Assembly (NCBI RefSeq): GCF_004010195.1
Contig: NC_057715.1
Coordinates: forward strand, 21,344,034-21,408,033
Length of the DNA stretch: 64,000 bases
From: Chiloscyllium plagiosum
Lineage: Eukaryota
Reading direction: 5' to 3'
The position numbers and the translations under genes are program-made. This document shows, piece by piece, positions 1 to 11,335 of this stretch. A model generated the notes under the pieces. It ran no database searches, was not told the origin of the DNA, and saw nothing but the letters and a program-made list of their open reading frames with translations. Position 1 is the first letter of the stretch, and each line of letters starts with the position of its first letter.

Positions 1-160
1 TATTGTACTCTATGCTACTTTCTCTCCACCCCCATCCTCCTCTAGCTTATCTCTCCACGCTGCCTTTATTCCTGATGAAGGGCTTTTGCTCGAAACATCG
101 AATTTACTGCTCCTCGGATGCTGCCTGACCTGCTGTGCTCTTCCAACACCACTAATCCAG
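1..160 (+). mobile_element. Penelope-like element terminus (truncated arm) with minimal hammerhead motif
   Basis: attc-CTGATGA-a-gggc-tttt-gctc-GAAAC-atc-gaat at ~68-103. It ends taatccagaa, exactly like the short arm of the 63455-63677 element. Confidence 0.8.
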
Positions 161-189
161 AAGTATACAGTGCTACTAACAGACTGGAG

Positions 190-2235
190 ACAGAATACCC
201 AAAGCCTTGGTCATCGTAGCCAATGGTTTCAACCAGGCCAACGTCAAGAATGTGCTTCCAAAATACCATCAACATGTCTCCTGTCTCACCAAAGCTTTGA
301 ACATCTTTGACCATTGCTATACAACCATCAAAGATGCCTACCATTTCTACCCTCGTCTACATTTTGGCAAATCAAACTACAACACTGTGCTCCTCCTCCC
401 AGCTTACAAGCAGAAATTGAAGCATGAGGACCCAGTACAAAAAGTTGTACAGTGTTGGCCTGAGGCAATGGAAGGACTTCTACAGGAATTTTTAGAGTCA
501 GTGGAATGGTTGATATTCAAGAAGTCAGCGGCCAGCCTAAATGAGTGTGTACGACCATCACAGACTTAATTAGTGAGAGTGTAGAAGACACCCACACCCT
601 AAAGAAGTTAATCTGAATGTTCCCCGTACGAAAGCCATGGATGAACTGGGAGATCCGCTCTCTACTGAAGTTCCAGGTCTGAAGTGTACAAGTCAGGCAA
701 TACTGCCCAAGCTAGAAATCCAGATATAACCTTAGTAAGGCAATCAGAAATGCCAACAAGCAACACCAAACTAAGCTTGAGACCCAGATCACCCAATGTT
801 TGTGCCAAGGCTTACATGACCTAATAGGCTATAAAATGAAGTCACACAGAATCGTAGGCAGCAGTACATCTCTACCCGATAAGTTCAATGCATTTTATGC
901 TCATTTTAGACAGAAGGTCAGTGAAATAATGTCACTTATCCCAAAAACTCCAGATGCACTGTACCCACAGTCACCACCACCAATGTTAGATCATCTTTCT
1001 TGAGAGTGATTCCATGGAAAGCAACTGGCCCAGATGAAGTCCCCAGCTGTTCACGAAGATCCCATACAGGTGGGAGTATTCACAGACATCTTTAACTTCA
1101 TTTTACTGTGATCTGAAGTCCCCACCTGTTTCAAGAAGACCACCATCATTTTGGTGCCAAAGAAAAATCATGCAGTGTGCCTGAATGACTACTGTCTGGT
1201 GGCATTGACCTCCATAATTATGAAGTGCTTCAAGAGGTTAGTCATGGTTCACAATAAATCCAGACTCCAATCAAACTGCAATTTGCGTACCAGCACAGCA
1301 GATCTACAGCAAACACGATGTCTCTGACCCTACACTCATCCCTGGAGCATCTGGATAGCAACAATACCTACGCCAGGCTACTACTATTGACTATAATTCC
1401 ACCTTCAACACTGTAATTCCAAACAAACTCATCTCTAAACTCCGAGACCTAGATCTTGGCTCCCCACTCTGTAACTGGATCCTTGACTTCCTCACCCATA
1501 GATCGCAATCAGTAAGAATAGATGGCAACACCTCCTCCACCATAAGCATCAACATTGATGCCCCACAAGGCTGCATACTCAGTCCCCTACTATACTCCTT
1601 ATACACTCACAACTGAGTGGCCAAATTCCACACCAAATCCATTTATAAGTTTGCTGATAACTCCGATATTCTAGGTCAGATGACAAGACAGAATACACGA
1701 AAAAGATTGAGTGCTGAGTAGCATGGTGTAATCTCTTCATTAACATCAGCAAAATGAAGGAGTTGGTCATTGCCTTCAGCAAGTGGAGTGAAGGGCATGG
1801 CCCATTGGCATCAATAATGCGGAGGCGGAGATGTGGGAGGGTGTGAAGGTACTGGAGTGAAGGTCACCAACAATCTATCCTGGTCCACCCACGTTGATGT
1901 AACAGTCAAGAACATACAACAATGTCTCTACTTACTCAGGAGGATAGGGGAATTTCAACATGTCCACAAGGACTCAATTTTTATAGATGTGCCATAGAAT
2001 GCATCCTCTCTGGATGCATTATAATGTGGTTTGGTATCTGCTCTTCCCAAGACCTCAAGAAACTTGAGAGAGTCACAAACACAGCCCAGTCTATCAAGCA
2101 AACTAGCCTTCCATCCACTGACTCCACCTGTACTTCCTGCTGCCTCAGAAAGTAACCAATATAATCAAATACACCTCCCACTCTGGTTATGCTGTCTTCC
2201 ACCCTCTTCTACCAAAGGGTATCAAATTTTAAAGA
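190..2235 (+). mobile_element. Degenerate Rex1/Babar-type LINE (endonuclease end + reverse transcriptase), frameshifted
   Basis: Peptides FNQANVKNVLPKYHQHVSC...DHCYTTIKDAY...PRLHFGKS...[48 protein letters not shown] and FYRCAIECILSGCI are typical of Rex/Babar ORF2. Confidence 0.85.
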
Positions 2236-2244
2236 CACATATGG

Positions 2245-3613
2245 ATAGATTTGTCCTGCTTTTTGTGTACAGGACATACATGCAAAAATTTCCACATTGC
2301 TTGGTAAATGCCAGTGTTTTAACTACACTGAAACAGGGGTGTAACAAGTTCTGGAGCATAACTCTTCCATCGTATTGCTGGGCTGTTGTCAGGGTCCACA
2401 GCCTTTGTAATATCCAGTACCCCCGATCATTTCCTGATTTCGCATGGAGTGAATTGACTTCACTGAAGACTGCCGTCTGTGATGCTAGGGACCATTAGAG
2501 GTGGCTGTGATAGATCTTCCCCTTGGAATTTCTGGCTGAAAATTTTGCAAATACTTTCAACCCTATCTTTTGCTGGGTTCTCCATCATTGAGGATGAAGA
2601 TGATTGTGGAAACTACAACTCCAGTAAGTTATTTAATTGTCTACCAACATTCACAACTAGATGTAGTAAGACTGCAGAGGTAAGATCTGATCCAATGGTT
2701 GAATAATCACTTTGCTTTGTCTCTCATTTGTTGCTTATACTATTTAGCACACAAGGGGTCCTGTTTTGTAGCTTCACCAGGTTGACACTTAGATTGATGT
2801 ATGCCTTGTGCTGCTCCTAGCATGCCTCCCATACTCTTCATTGAAGCAGGGTTAATCTTCTGGTATAAAGGTAATGGTTCAGTAGGTCAAAACTCTGATT
2901 TGATGCAATGGTAGGGTGGAGGTTGTACAGGGCCAAGAGGTTTTAGATTGTATTAGAATACAATTCACCTGCAGCTGATGGCTCTCAGAATCTCATGGAT
3001 ATCCAGTCTTGAGTCACTAGATATGTTCAAAGTGTGTCCCATTTAGCATGGTAATAATGCCACACAATGGACTGTATTCTCAATGTAAATATGGGACTTT
3101 GTCATCATAAGAACTCTGCAGTCTTGCAGTGTAATCTTTCCAATACCATTACTGTCATGAAAAGATGCATCTGCAGTAGGTAGTTAGGTAAGGATGAAAT
3201 CAAACAGTTCTCTCAAGTATGCTCTTATAGGCTCCTTCACTACTTGCCATTGACCCAGCCTAGCAGCAATATTTTTTAGTACCAACATAGTCAGTAATGG
3301 TGCTGCTGAGCCATCCTTGGTATCCTTCATCCAAAATATATTTTACATCCTGCCACCCTCAGTAGAGTACTGGTTCTCTCCTGACAATGCAACACTCTGC
3401 CACTATCTCTGCTGGATCAGTTTTGCCAGTGGGACAGGACATGTTGATGGAGTTGTGTGGGACATTGTGTATAAGGCATGATGCTGTGAGTCCAAATTTA
3501 CCAGGCTTGACAAGTCTGTGAGGCAGTTCTCACAATTTTAACACTAACCTCAGATGCTATTAAGGAGGACTTTGTAGCATTGACAAGGTTATGTTTGCCA
3601 TTGTTATTTCCGG
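2245..3613 (-). mobile_element. Degenerate CR1-group LINE ORF2 fragment
   Basis: Minus strand gives RT-start motifs (KAVDPDNSP, APELVTP, GIYQAMWK, CPVHKKQDKS) across broken frames, with many stops. Confidence 0.7.
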
Positions 3614-3614
3614 C

Positions 3615-3827
3615 GTAGACAAGCAGGAGGTTAGAAGAACACAGCAAGTCAGGCGGCATCAGCAGATGGAGAAGTCAATGTTTTGGGTATAAGCCTCCTT
3701 CAGAACAGGTATTATACCTGAAATGTTGAGATCTCCACCTCCTGATGCTGCCTGACTTGCTGTATTCTTCCAGCCTTCTGCTTGTCTACCTTGGATTCCA
3801 GCATCTGCAGTTTTTTTTTGTCTCTAA
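3615..3827 (+). mobile_element. Palindromic Penelope-derived mini-element (old copy)
   Basis: Inverted arms gtagacaagcagg...cttgtctac (3615-3789), then a ~38 nt tail. Degenerate 16-bp TSD at 3598-3613 / 3828-3843 (12/16 identical). Confidence 0.75.
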
Positions 3828-3889
3828 CCACTTTTCTTTCTGGTGGCTTATTTAATGGCAGGTGATCCATCATTTTAATTTTTTTTACA

Positions 3890-4015
3890 GTCATAGTCAT
3901 AGAGATGTACAGCACGAAAATAGACCCTTCGGTCCAACCAGTCCATGCCGACCAGATATCCCAACCCAATCTAGTCCCACTTGCCAGCACCCAGCCCATA
4001 TCCCACCAAACCCTT
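3890..4015 (-). mobile_element. HER1/CR1 LINE 3' end
   Basis: Reverse complement of the CR1 3' UTR seen at 41200-41315 (gggatatctggtcggcatggac...gaagggtct...ctctatgact). Confidence 0.8.
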
Positions 4016-4029
4016 TTTCGTTACTCTCT

Positions 4030-4310
4030 AGCAGTTGATAATACTGAATAGCTTGGCAGGCTGTTTCAGAGGAATGGTGAGAGTCAACTACATTTCTGTA
4101 GATCTGGAGGCTCTGTCAGCCAGATCAGGTAAGGATCTTCACCAGAGAATATTAGTGGACCAGAATTTTTTTTGACAATCAGCAATGCTTCCATAGTCAT
4201 CATTAGACTTTAAATTTCAGATTTTTAATTGATTTCAAATTCCACCATGAACATTACCTAGCTGTCTAGATTACTAATCCAGCGACAAACCCATTAAGTC
4301 ATTATGTCCC
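4030..4310 (-). mobile_element. tRNA-derived SINE (same family as 60222-60540)
   Basis: Reverse-complement similarity to 60222-60540. Confidence 0.6.
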
Positions 4311-4389
4311 TGCTTTGTTGCAATCTTGAAAAGAACACTTCAAGTTAGAAGATAATTTCTCTAAAATTCCTAAAAAAGTGATTTTATTG

Positions 4390-4965
4390 AAACATGAAAT
4401 AATCAGATTGATCTTGATGAGGTGGACACTAGAAAGGCGTTATTAATGCTGTCATTTGAGTTAAGTGACGACATTTAAGAAGAAGATGTCAAGTGTTTAG
4501 GACAGAGATGAGGAGATTCAGTCAGTGGGTCACTATTATGGTAACTTCTTGTCCCAAGAAAACAATGCGAGCAGGTTCATTGAATTTATTTAAGTCAGTT
4601 AGATTTTTGACATACAGGGAAGTCAAGGGCTATAGGCAGCAGATAGGAAAGTAGAGTTAAGGCTACAGCCAGATCAGCCATGATATTGGAGACAGTAAGG
4701 ACTGCAGATGCTGGAAGTCAGAGTTGATAAAATGTGGAGCTGGAAAGGCAAAACAGGTCAGTCAGCATTGGAGGAGCAGAAAAGTTGATGTTTCGGGTTG
4801 GAATACTACATCAATCGTGATGAAGGTTCCTGACGTGGAACATTGACTTTCCTGCTCCTCTCATGCTGCCTGATCTGTTGTGCCTTTCCAGCTCCAGATT
4901 TTATCAGCCATGATTTTATTAAATAATGGAGCAGGCTTGAAGGACCATGGCCTACGCCCTATGTT
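4390..4965 (+). mobile_element. Degenerate CR1 LINE 3' end, interrupted by palindromic mini-element
   Basis: CR1 3' UTR motif gatcagccatgat...atgga gcaggcttgaag...atggccta split by the insertion at 4688-4902. Confidence 0.65.
4688..4902 (-). mobile_element. Palindromic Penelope-derived mini-element
   Basis: 37-nt tail (4688-4724), then inverted arms tgataaaatgtggagctgg...ccagctccagattttatca. TSD atcagccatgat(a/t)tt at 4673-4687 / 4903-4917. Confidence 0.8.
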
Positions 4966-5878
4966 CCATTGTCCACATTGCAAGATAGAAAGCAGGTGCT
5001 TTACTTTAGTTCCTTTCATTGTGCAACTAATTGGTAAGAAATATTATGAGTCATTGATTATTACACAGTGCATACAAGAATGCATTCCAAAGCACGATGC
5101 CAGATTAACTGATGCACCTGTATTCTATTTGTTGGGCTCTGTTTAAAGATGCTATCTCTCCCCAAAGGGGACTCTTTAGAAATCAATTATGAAAAAGTAT
5201 CATTAATATGAACATCTGTCTTGATTTTGCTCAGTCTACTCCTATCTTTTAATTTTTTTTGAATAAATAGTGACTGCTAACATCATCACAATTGGAGGTA
5301 TTAGATTAAATTCAGGCAGACACAGGATATCTTGGCATCAATTTTTTAAATAGACTCAGACACTGTGGTGCTGAAATGAGCTGGAATGTTATAATAATGC
5401 AGCTATTAAATGCCAAGTATTTGTTAAGATTAACTCCAAATTAGAACTCATTAAACACAAAAATAAAAGAACACCAACAATTCCTGCTTGGCTTGTTCAT
5501 TTTTGTCTTTGCAGATTTTATTCATTTGCTTCTGTATTTCAGTAGCTTAGTTTTATTTTTTTTTCTAACTTTAAAAAATTTTGCAACTTGCTTTGAGTTT
5601 TATGGATCACATGATCGACTAGAAATATTAACCTCCAACATCGGTCTAATGTCACCCACCATCCCTCTGTTCCTGGACCTGCATTGGCTTCTGGTTAAGC
5701 AACTCCTCAAGTTAAAAATTCTCTCCCATGTCTCCACATTCCCCCATGGCTTCATCCCTTTCTGTCACTTACCAAATTTGAGAAGATTTGTAGCTCAGGT
5801 TGAGGTTCTGGATATAGGTTTGCTTGCTGAGCTGGAAGGTTGATTTCCAGGTGTTTTGTTACCCGACATCTTCAGTGG

Positions 5879-6099
5879 CTAGATTAGAGTGGTGCTGGAA
5901 AAGCACAGCAGGTCAGGCAGCATCCAAGAATCAGGAAATTCGACGTTTCGGGCAAAAGCCCTTCATCAGGAATATTCGGGCTTTTGCCCAAAACATCGAT
6001 TTTCCTGCTCCTCGGATGCTGCCTGACCTGCTGTGCTTTTCCAGCACCACTCTAATCTAGACTCTGGTTTCCAAAATCTGCAGTCCTTGTTTTTACCTA
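5879..6099 (+). mobile_element. Palindromic Penelope-derived mini-element
   Basis: 83-bp inverted arms 5879-5961 / 5978-6060, 39-nt tail, perfect 13-bp TSD acatcttcagtgg at 5866-5878 / 6100-6112. Confidence 0.9.
5938..5973 (-). ncRNA. Minimal type I hammerhead ribozyme motif (intact core)
   Basis: Minus strand AUUC-CUGAUGA-A-GGGC-UUUU-GCCC-GAAAC-GUC-GAAU: stem I AUUC/GAAU, conserved CUGAUGA and GAAA, stem II GGGC/GCCC, palindromic ACGU in place of stem III, GUC cleavage triplet. Confidence 0.8.
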
Positions 6100-6484
6100 A
6101 CATCTTCAGTGGGCCTCATGGCAAAGCATTGTTGATAATTCCTGATTTCTATTTCTGTCACTGTAATCTCCTTCCAGTCTCACAACCCCCGAGATATCTG
6201 CACTTTTCTAATTCTGGTGCTTTGAGCTTCCACAGTTTGAATTATGTAAAATTGGTACTTATGCCTGTGGCTGTCTTGGCTTTTCCTAAACCTCTCCATC
6301 ACCATTTTCCCAATAAGATGATCATAAGCCTTCTGCTTACAATAGCTCAATGACAAATTTTGCTTGATGACACTCCTGGGGAAAACCTTGGGATGTTTTG
6401 CTATGTTATAATAAATATAAATTGTTGTGGAAAATGATTTCGCTTCCTAGTTTGCTGAAAGACAGAAACCTTTAGTTGTATTAA

Positions 6485-6620
6485 CGTAAAATGCTGCAGA
6501 TGCTGGAAGTCTGAAATCGAAACAGAAAATGCAGGAGAAATTCAGCAGGTCTGGCAGCATCTGTGGAGAAAGAAACTGAGTTGACATTTTATGTCTGATA
6601 AAACTCTTTTTCTTAGGAAG
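6485..6620 (-). mobile_element. Penelope-like terminus, single decayed arm
   Basis: ctgcagatgctggaagtctgaa...cagcaggtctggcagcatctgtggaga, same family as 31885-32012. Confidence 0.7.
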
Positions 6621-6658
6621 ACTCCAAATGTTAACCATAAGTTGTAATACATTGCCCT

Positions 6659-7182
6659 TGATAAAATAATTCCACAGAAGCTAGTATCCTATCGCCAAGT
6701 CACTTTTTATTTACATGTGCATATTACAGGACACTGGTTCAGCTTCATCAGAGCCAGCTCTCAGAGTTATTAGAACCCCTGACACTCCTGTCTATTTTTT
6801 TCTCTTTTTTCATGTTTTTTTTCTTTTTTTCTCATGTTCTATTTTTTCTTTATTTCATGTTCTACTTTTCCTTTTATCTTGTGTTCTATTTTCTTCTTCT
6901 CCACATTATTGCCTAACAGCGGTAGTGCTTCTTTTTCCCCTACATCCATGTCGTGTGTGTGCAGGTGTCGGACACAGTAAAAAACAACAAGTGTGTACAT
7001 CTTTATTTATATTCTACTACCAGGAAGAAAGGAAACACTCGAGTGGCCAGTGACCGGCAGTGGCCCTTACCCCTATGTATCTCTGTCAGCCAGGGCTCCC
7101 TGGTTGGACCAGGTTAACAGTCCCAATCAGGGAACTCAAATTCTGTGAGGTTTACCTGGCTGACATCATTACAATCACTGCA
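6659..7182 (-). mobile_element. Solo LTR (Gypsy-like), interrupted at TATA position
   Basis: Minus strand starts TG(cagtgattgtaatg) and ends ttatCA. It contains CCAAT-type boxes, then AATAAA about 50 nt from the end, and no internal genes. Confidence 0.6.
6793..7075 (-). mobile_element. 5'-truncated retroposon 3' end with A-rich tail (L1/Tx1-like), nested in LTR
   Basis: ~110-nt T-rich tract with repeated catgttct units (A-rich tail on minus strand), followed by ~170 nt of unique body. Confidence 0.55.
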
Positions 7183-9117
7183 CTCGACACAGCTTCAGAG
7201 CTGGTTTAAGTGTCTAGCCTAATCGATTATGGTTGTAGTGAACATCATAAACATGAAGTCTTGTTATAGCACTCTTTCAGATATCATCTGGAAGCTCAAC
7301 TTTTATTTTAAAAGTTATTGAGTTCCATCGGGATTCTAACAATTGCTGAGAAAATGATCAAGGCCTACCAGCTCTTCTAAGAATTCTTTTTAAATTGCTA
7401 ACTTTTCTTTTCAGAGATCTAATGTGGTGCAAATATAAAGTTTGCCGAGCTTAGTGTTAAACGGAGTCTTATTAAATTGATTTTATTGCTGGATGGGTGT
7501 CCAGCCACATGATAATTTTGCTTCATCTGTAGTGTCACAAGTTTAGTAAAAACCTTTACTAGGCAGCACACCCTAGGTTCTGTGCAGAAAAAAAAAGTCT
7601 ATTGAACTCTAAGCAGTGAGTTTTAATTACCATAAAGAAAAAAATATGTACCAGTTGAGCAACAGAATCAGCTCAATAAGACACATCTGAACATTGATTA
7701 AGTTGATCTTACAATTACATCATGTAAAGGACTTCTTTACATGATTTGTCTTGATGTGTCGGGCAGCATATGCTACTTGTTATTGTAATTCCCATCGAGA
7801 TAAATGATATTTCTCAAGAAATTTTAAATTCTTGTTAATAGCCAAAAGAATAACACAACAAGATTTCACATTTTCAGATTTATGCCTCAACAGACTAAAA
7901 GCTGCTTTTGTGCGCAATTTATAATTTAAATTACAAAACAGGACTTTTCACACAACAAAAATAAACCATGATTGGGAATGTGTTGTCCTTTGAGCAGAAT
8001 TCAATTCTCCCAGAATTCATCCAAAAATATTCTTAACAAGCAAACAGTTACCTCTGATCTATATCTTTCCCAGCTTGACAACTTGTAACATCACAAATGC
8101 CTTTCATGGTCTAAGTTCTTCTGGAGACTTTGTCCTCTCACTACAGCTTGGCAAATATTCTAGCCTCTATTTAATTCCACAAAATGTGCTCTTTCCAGTA
8201 TTAACACAAACTTCCATCTGCAGTCTGGAGCAGTGAACTGTCGATATTTTCAATCTTTTGCTGCATTCTTTTTTTCTCTCTCAGACCTGGCACCAAGCTG
8301 TTTCACTCGAATATTTTATGAGCACACAAAGCATAATATCACAACGGCGTCTTCTGTACCCTTTCCAGCTTAAAACCAACACCAGGGCAACACTAACCAG
8401 ATGGACATTGTGTTTAGGTAGAGACGGTGATTAGCTGTACTTGAGGGCCTAGCTTTCTTCCAATTTGGAATGATATGAACAGTTTTAAACACAACTACTT
8501 ACAACCTGAAATTTTCAACACATGCCTGAAATTTTGAAAATTCACAATCTACTCACTGTTTACTTACAGGCTGTGGCCATTATCTTAAAATGCTTCATAC
8601 CTTTATCTAGAAGATCAATCTACAGCTCCCCCCTATCCCACTTGACTCTAAGTAAACTACCCAGGCCCTACCTGTGCTGTCAGATACGCTCCAGCACTGG
8701 TCATTTTCATTTTGTCTTAAAGGCGTGGTCCTAATAATCTAATAATCCTCATGACTGTAATGTTGTAATGCTAGAACCGGTGAAATGTTTGATTCTCAGG
8801 ACAGGTGCAGTCGAGGCAGGATCTGACTGTTGTTCAGTCAGGCTATTGAGCTTATAATAGCTTGTTATGTGAAAGCATTCTTACTGCCAATTGGTTGACT
8901 GTGCAGAAAAAAATGGCAATATGGTTCTTGAGTCAAGCTAATTACATGCCACTGTTGGGAAGGCTGCTGTCTTGGGCAATGGTGTTAGTCAATATCCATG
9001 GCATTCTTGACACTTCTTGTGTGCCAGCACATGAATGAAGTGAGTCTAGAATTAGAATATTGGATGTGGTGTCTATTGAGTTGAGCATGTTTGTTGATTA
9101 CCTATTTGTCTCATTCA

Positions 9118-10134
9118 ATTCTGAAAGCTTTTGATAAAGTCCCAGAGGTTAGTGAGTAAAATTAGGGCGCATGGTATTGGGGGCAAACTACTAGATTGGA
9201 TTGAAAATTGGTTGGCTAATAGGAAACAAAGGGTAGTGATAAACGGCTCAATTTCGGAATGGCAGGCAGTGACCAGTGGGGTACCACAGGGATCCGTGCT
9301 GGGACCACAGCTTTTTACAATATATGTTAATGATATAGAAGATGGTATCAGCAATAACATTAGCAAATTTGCTGATGATACAAAGCTGGGTGGCAGAGTG
9401 AAATGTGATGAGGATGTTAGGAGATTACAGGGTCAGTCAATGAAGGCAAGCATGCAGGTACAGCAGGTAGTGAAGAAGGCTAATAGCATGCTGGCCTTCA
9501 TAACAAGAGGAATTGAGTATAGAAGCAAAGAGGTGCTTCTGCAACTGTATAGGGCCCTGGTGAGACCACACCTGGAGTACTGTGTGCAGTTCTGGTCTCC
9601 AAATTTGAGAAAAGACATTCTGGCTATTGAGGGAGCGCAGTGTAGATTCACGAGGTCAATTCCTGGAATGGCAGGATTACCTTACACTGAAAGACTGAAG
9701 CGACTGGGCTTGTATACCCTTGAGTTTCGAAGATTGAGAGGGGATCTGATTGAGACATATAAGATTATGAAAGGATTGGACACTCTGGCAGTAGGAAACA
9801 TATTTCCACTGATGGGTGAGTGCCGAACCAGAGGACACAGCTTAAAAATACGGGGTAGACCATTTAGGCCAGAGCTCAGGAGAAACGTCTTCACCCAGAG
9901 GGTGGTGGCTGTGTGGAATGCTCTGCCCCAGAGGGCAGTTCAGGCCCACTCTCTGGATTCATTTAAGAAAGAGTTGGATAGAGCTCTCAAAGATAATGGA
10001 ATCAAGGGTTATGGAGATAAGGCAGGAACAGGATACTGATTAGGAATGATCAGCCATGATTATATTGAATGGCGGTGCAGGCTCGAAGGGCTGAATGGCC
10101 TACTCCTGCACCTATTGTCTATTGTCTATTGTCT
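9118..10134 (+). mobile_element. Young 5'-truncated CR1 LINE (RT C-half + 3' UTR)
   Basis: 302-aa open frame with SGVPQGSVLGPQLF, SKFADDTKLGG, LVRPHLEYCVQFWSP, RRLRGDLIETYKI and TRGHSLK. Tail (tattgtc)x3. Confidence 0.95.
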
Positions 10135-10318
10135 AATTATAACAAAACCTTGAAGTCTGTCAGCTCCTCAAAGGAATTCTTTTATGAACTGCTTTTTCCA
10201 CAGCAAAATTGCATTAATGGATGTTACTATTTTTGCAACAAAGCCTCAAACAACTTTTAAGTCGCGTATTTTATTTCTAACACCAAGGAATCTGTGTTCC
10301 AGTCAAATCCTGGCCATT

Positions 10319-10676
10319 ATAGAATCATAGAGTTACACAGCACAGAAACAGACCTTTCAGTCCAACTCTTCCATGCTGACCAAATATCCCAATCTGACCT
10401 AGTCCCATTTGCCAGCATGTGGCAAGGGATGACCTTATAGAGGTTTATAAAATCGTAAGGGGCATGGATAGGGTGAATAGCCAAGGTTCATTTCTGAGGA
10501 GTGGGACTCCAAAACTAGAGGGCATAGGTTTAAGGACCTGAGGGGTAACTTTTTCATGCAGAGGATGGTGCATGTATGGAATGAGCTACCAGAGGAAGTG
10601 GTGAAAGCTGGTACAACATTTAAAAGGCACCTGGATGGGTATATGAATAGGAAGGATTTAGAGGGATGTGGGCCAA
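10319..10676 (-). mobile_element. HER1/CR1 3' end with inverted 5' part
   Basis: 10319-10423 is the 3' terminus on the minus strand. 10424-10676 is the adjacent upstream part (DLIEVYKI...RGHRFK) on the plus strand. Confidence 0.8.
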
Positions 10677-11154
10677 GTGAATTAAGCTCAAAATACTATC
10701 TCAAAGCAGGAGGGAGTAGAAATCCAGATAATTTCCTTTCACCTTAACTCATTGTTTAAAAATGTTCTATCCAATGGCCCAAGTGATTTATCAGACAATG
10801 AATTCTGTTTAAATTGGATACATTGTTAACAGAGGAATATTGGTTAAAATATCTTGTCACACTTAATTTGTAATCATTAGAGATTTTACATGAACCTTAA
10901 CTATAAACTTTATACATTTGTTATGATTATGTGATGGTATATTTCTCTCTGAATCAGGAGGTGGAATATTTAGTTCCGTAATAGAGACTGCTGTGTAAAT
11001 ATCTGGGCCGGCATTCCAATGTAACTCGAATGGTGGTGGTGGTGGTGGTGACGGGGTGGGGTGTGGGAGACAGAGACAGAAAATTCCACTGCATCGGATC
11101 AGAGGTATAATTTTGAAGAAAGATAAGAAAGTTATTCTTAATGCCTTGTAAATG

Positions 11155-11335
11155 AGTTATCCTCAGACAATGAACACAAAAAACAAATTATCTGATCATT
11201 ATCATTGATTTACATGCTTACTATGTACAAACTATGTATTCCATTATTACAACAGTTACTGCAATTCATTGGCTGCAACGTACTTTGAAATGTTCTGTAA
11301 TTGTGAAAGGTGCGATGGAGATGTAAGCTTTTCCT
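11155..11335 (+). mobile_element. Deu-domain SINE 3' part
   Basis: attatctgatcattatca...ttcattggctg...ctttgaaatgttctg...gtgaaaggtgc, similar to 13195-13545. Confidence 0.55.

Larger units (their letters stand above)
5780..6150 (-). mobile_element. Penelope-like terminus (CTGAAGA-TGTTAC family) split by later insertion
   Basis: Minus strand cca-CTGAAGA-tgt..gggtaac-aaaac-acc-tgg is a decayed hammerhead. The sequence resumes after the duplicated target at 6100-6112. Confidence 0.6.
5640..6425 (+). mobile_element. L2 LINE 3' fragment hosting nested Penelope insertions
   Basis: TIPLFLDLHWLLVKQLLKLKIL resembles the L2 ORF2 C-terminal LHWLPV motif. L2-type tail ccttgggatgtttt...aaatataa at ~6385-6420. 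Confidence 0.6.

Noticed and set aside
5879-6060. DNA-transposon MITE interpretation of the palindromes
   Set aside because: An asymmetric tail, variable 13-17 bp TSDs and similarity to termini of GIY-YIG-coding elements fit Penelope retroelements better than cut-and-paste TIR elements.
7719-7745. 11-bp inverted repeat atcatgtaaag/ctttacatgat
   Set aside because: Short and AT-rich, with no supporting context.
9131-10039. 302-aa ORF as a host or domesticated gene
   Set aside because: It is a 5'-truncated CR1 RT with a retrotransposon 3' tail and a non-ATG start.
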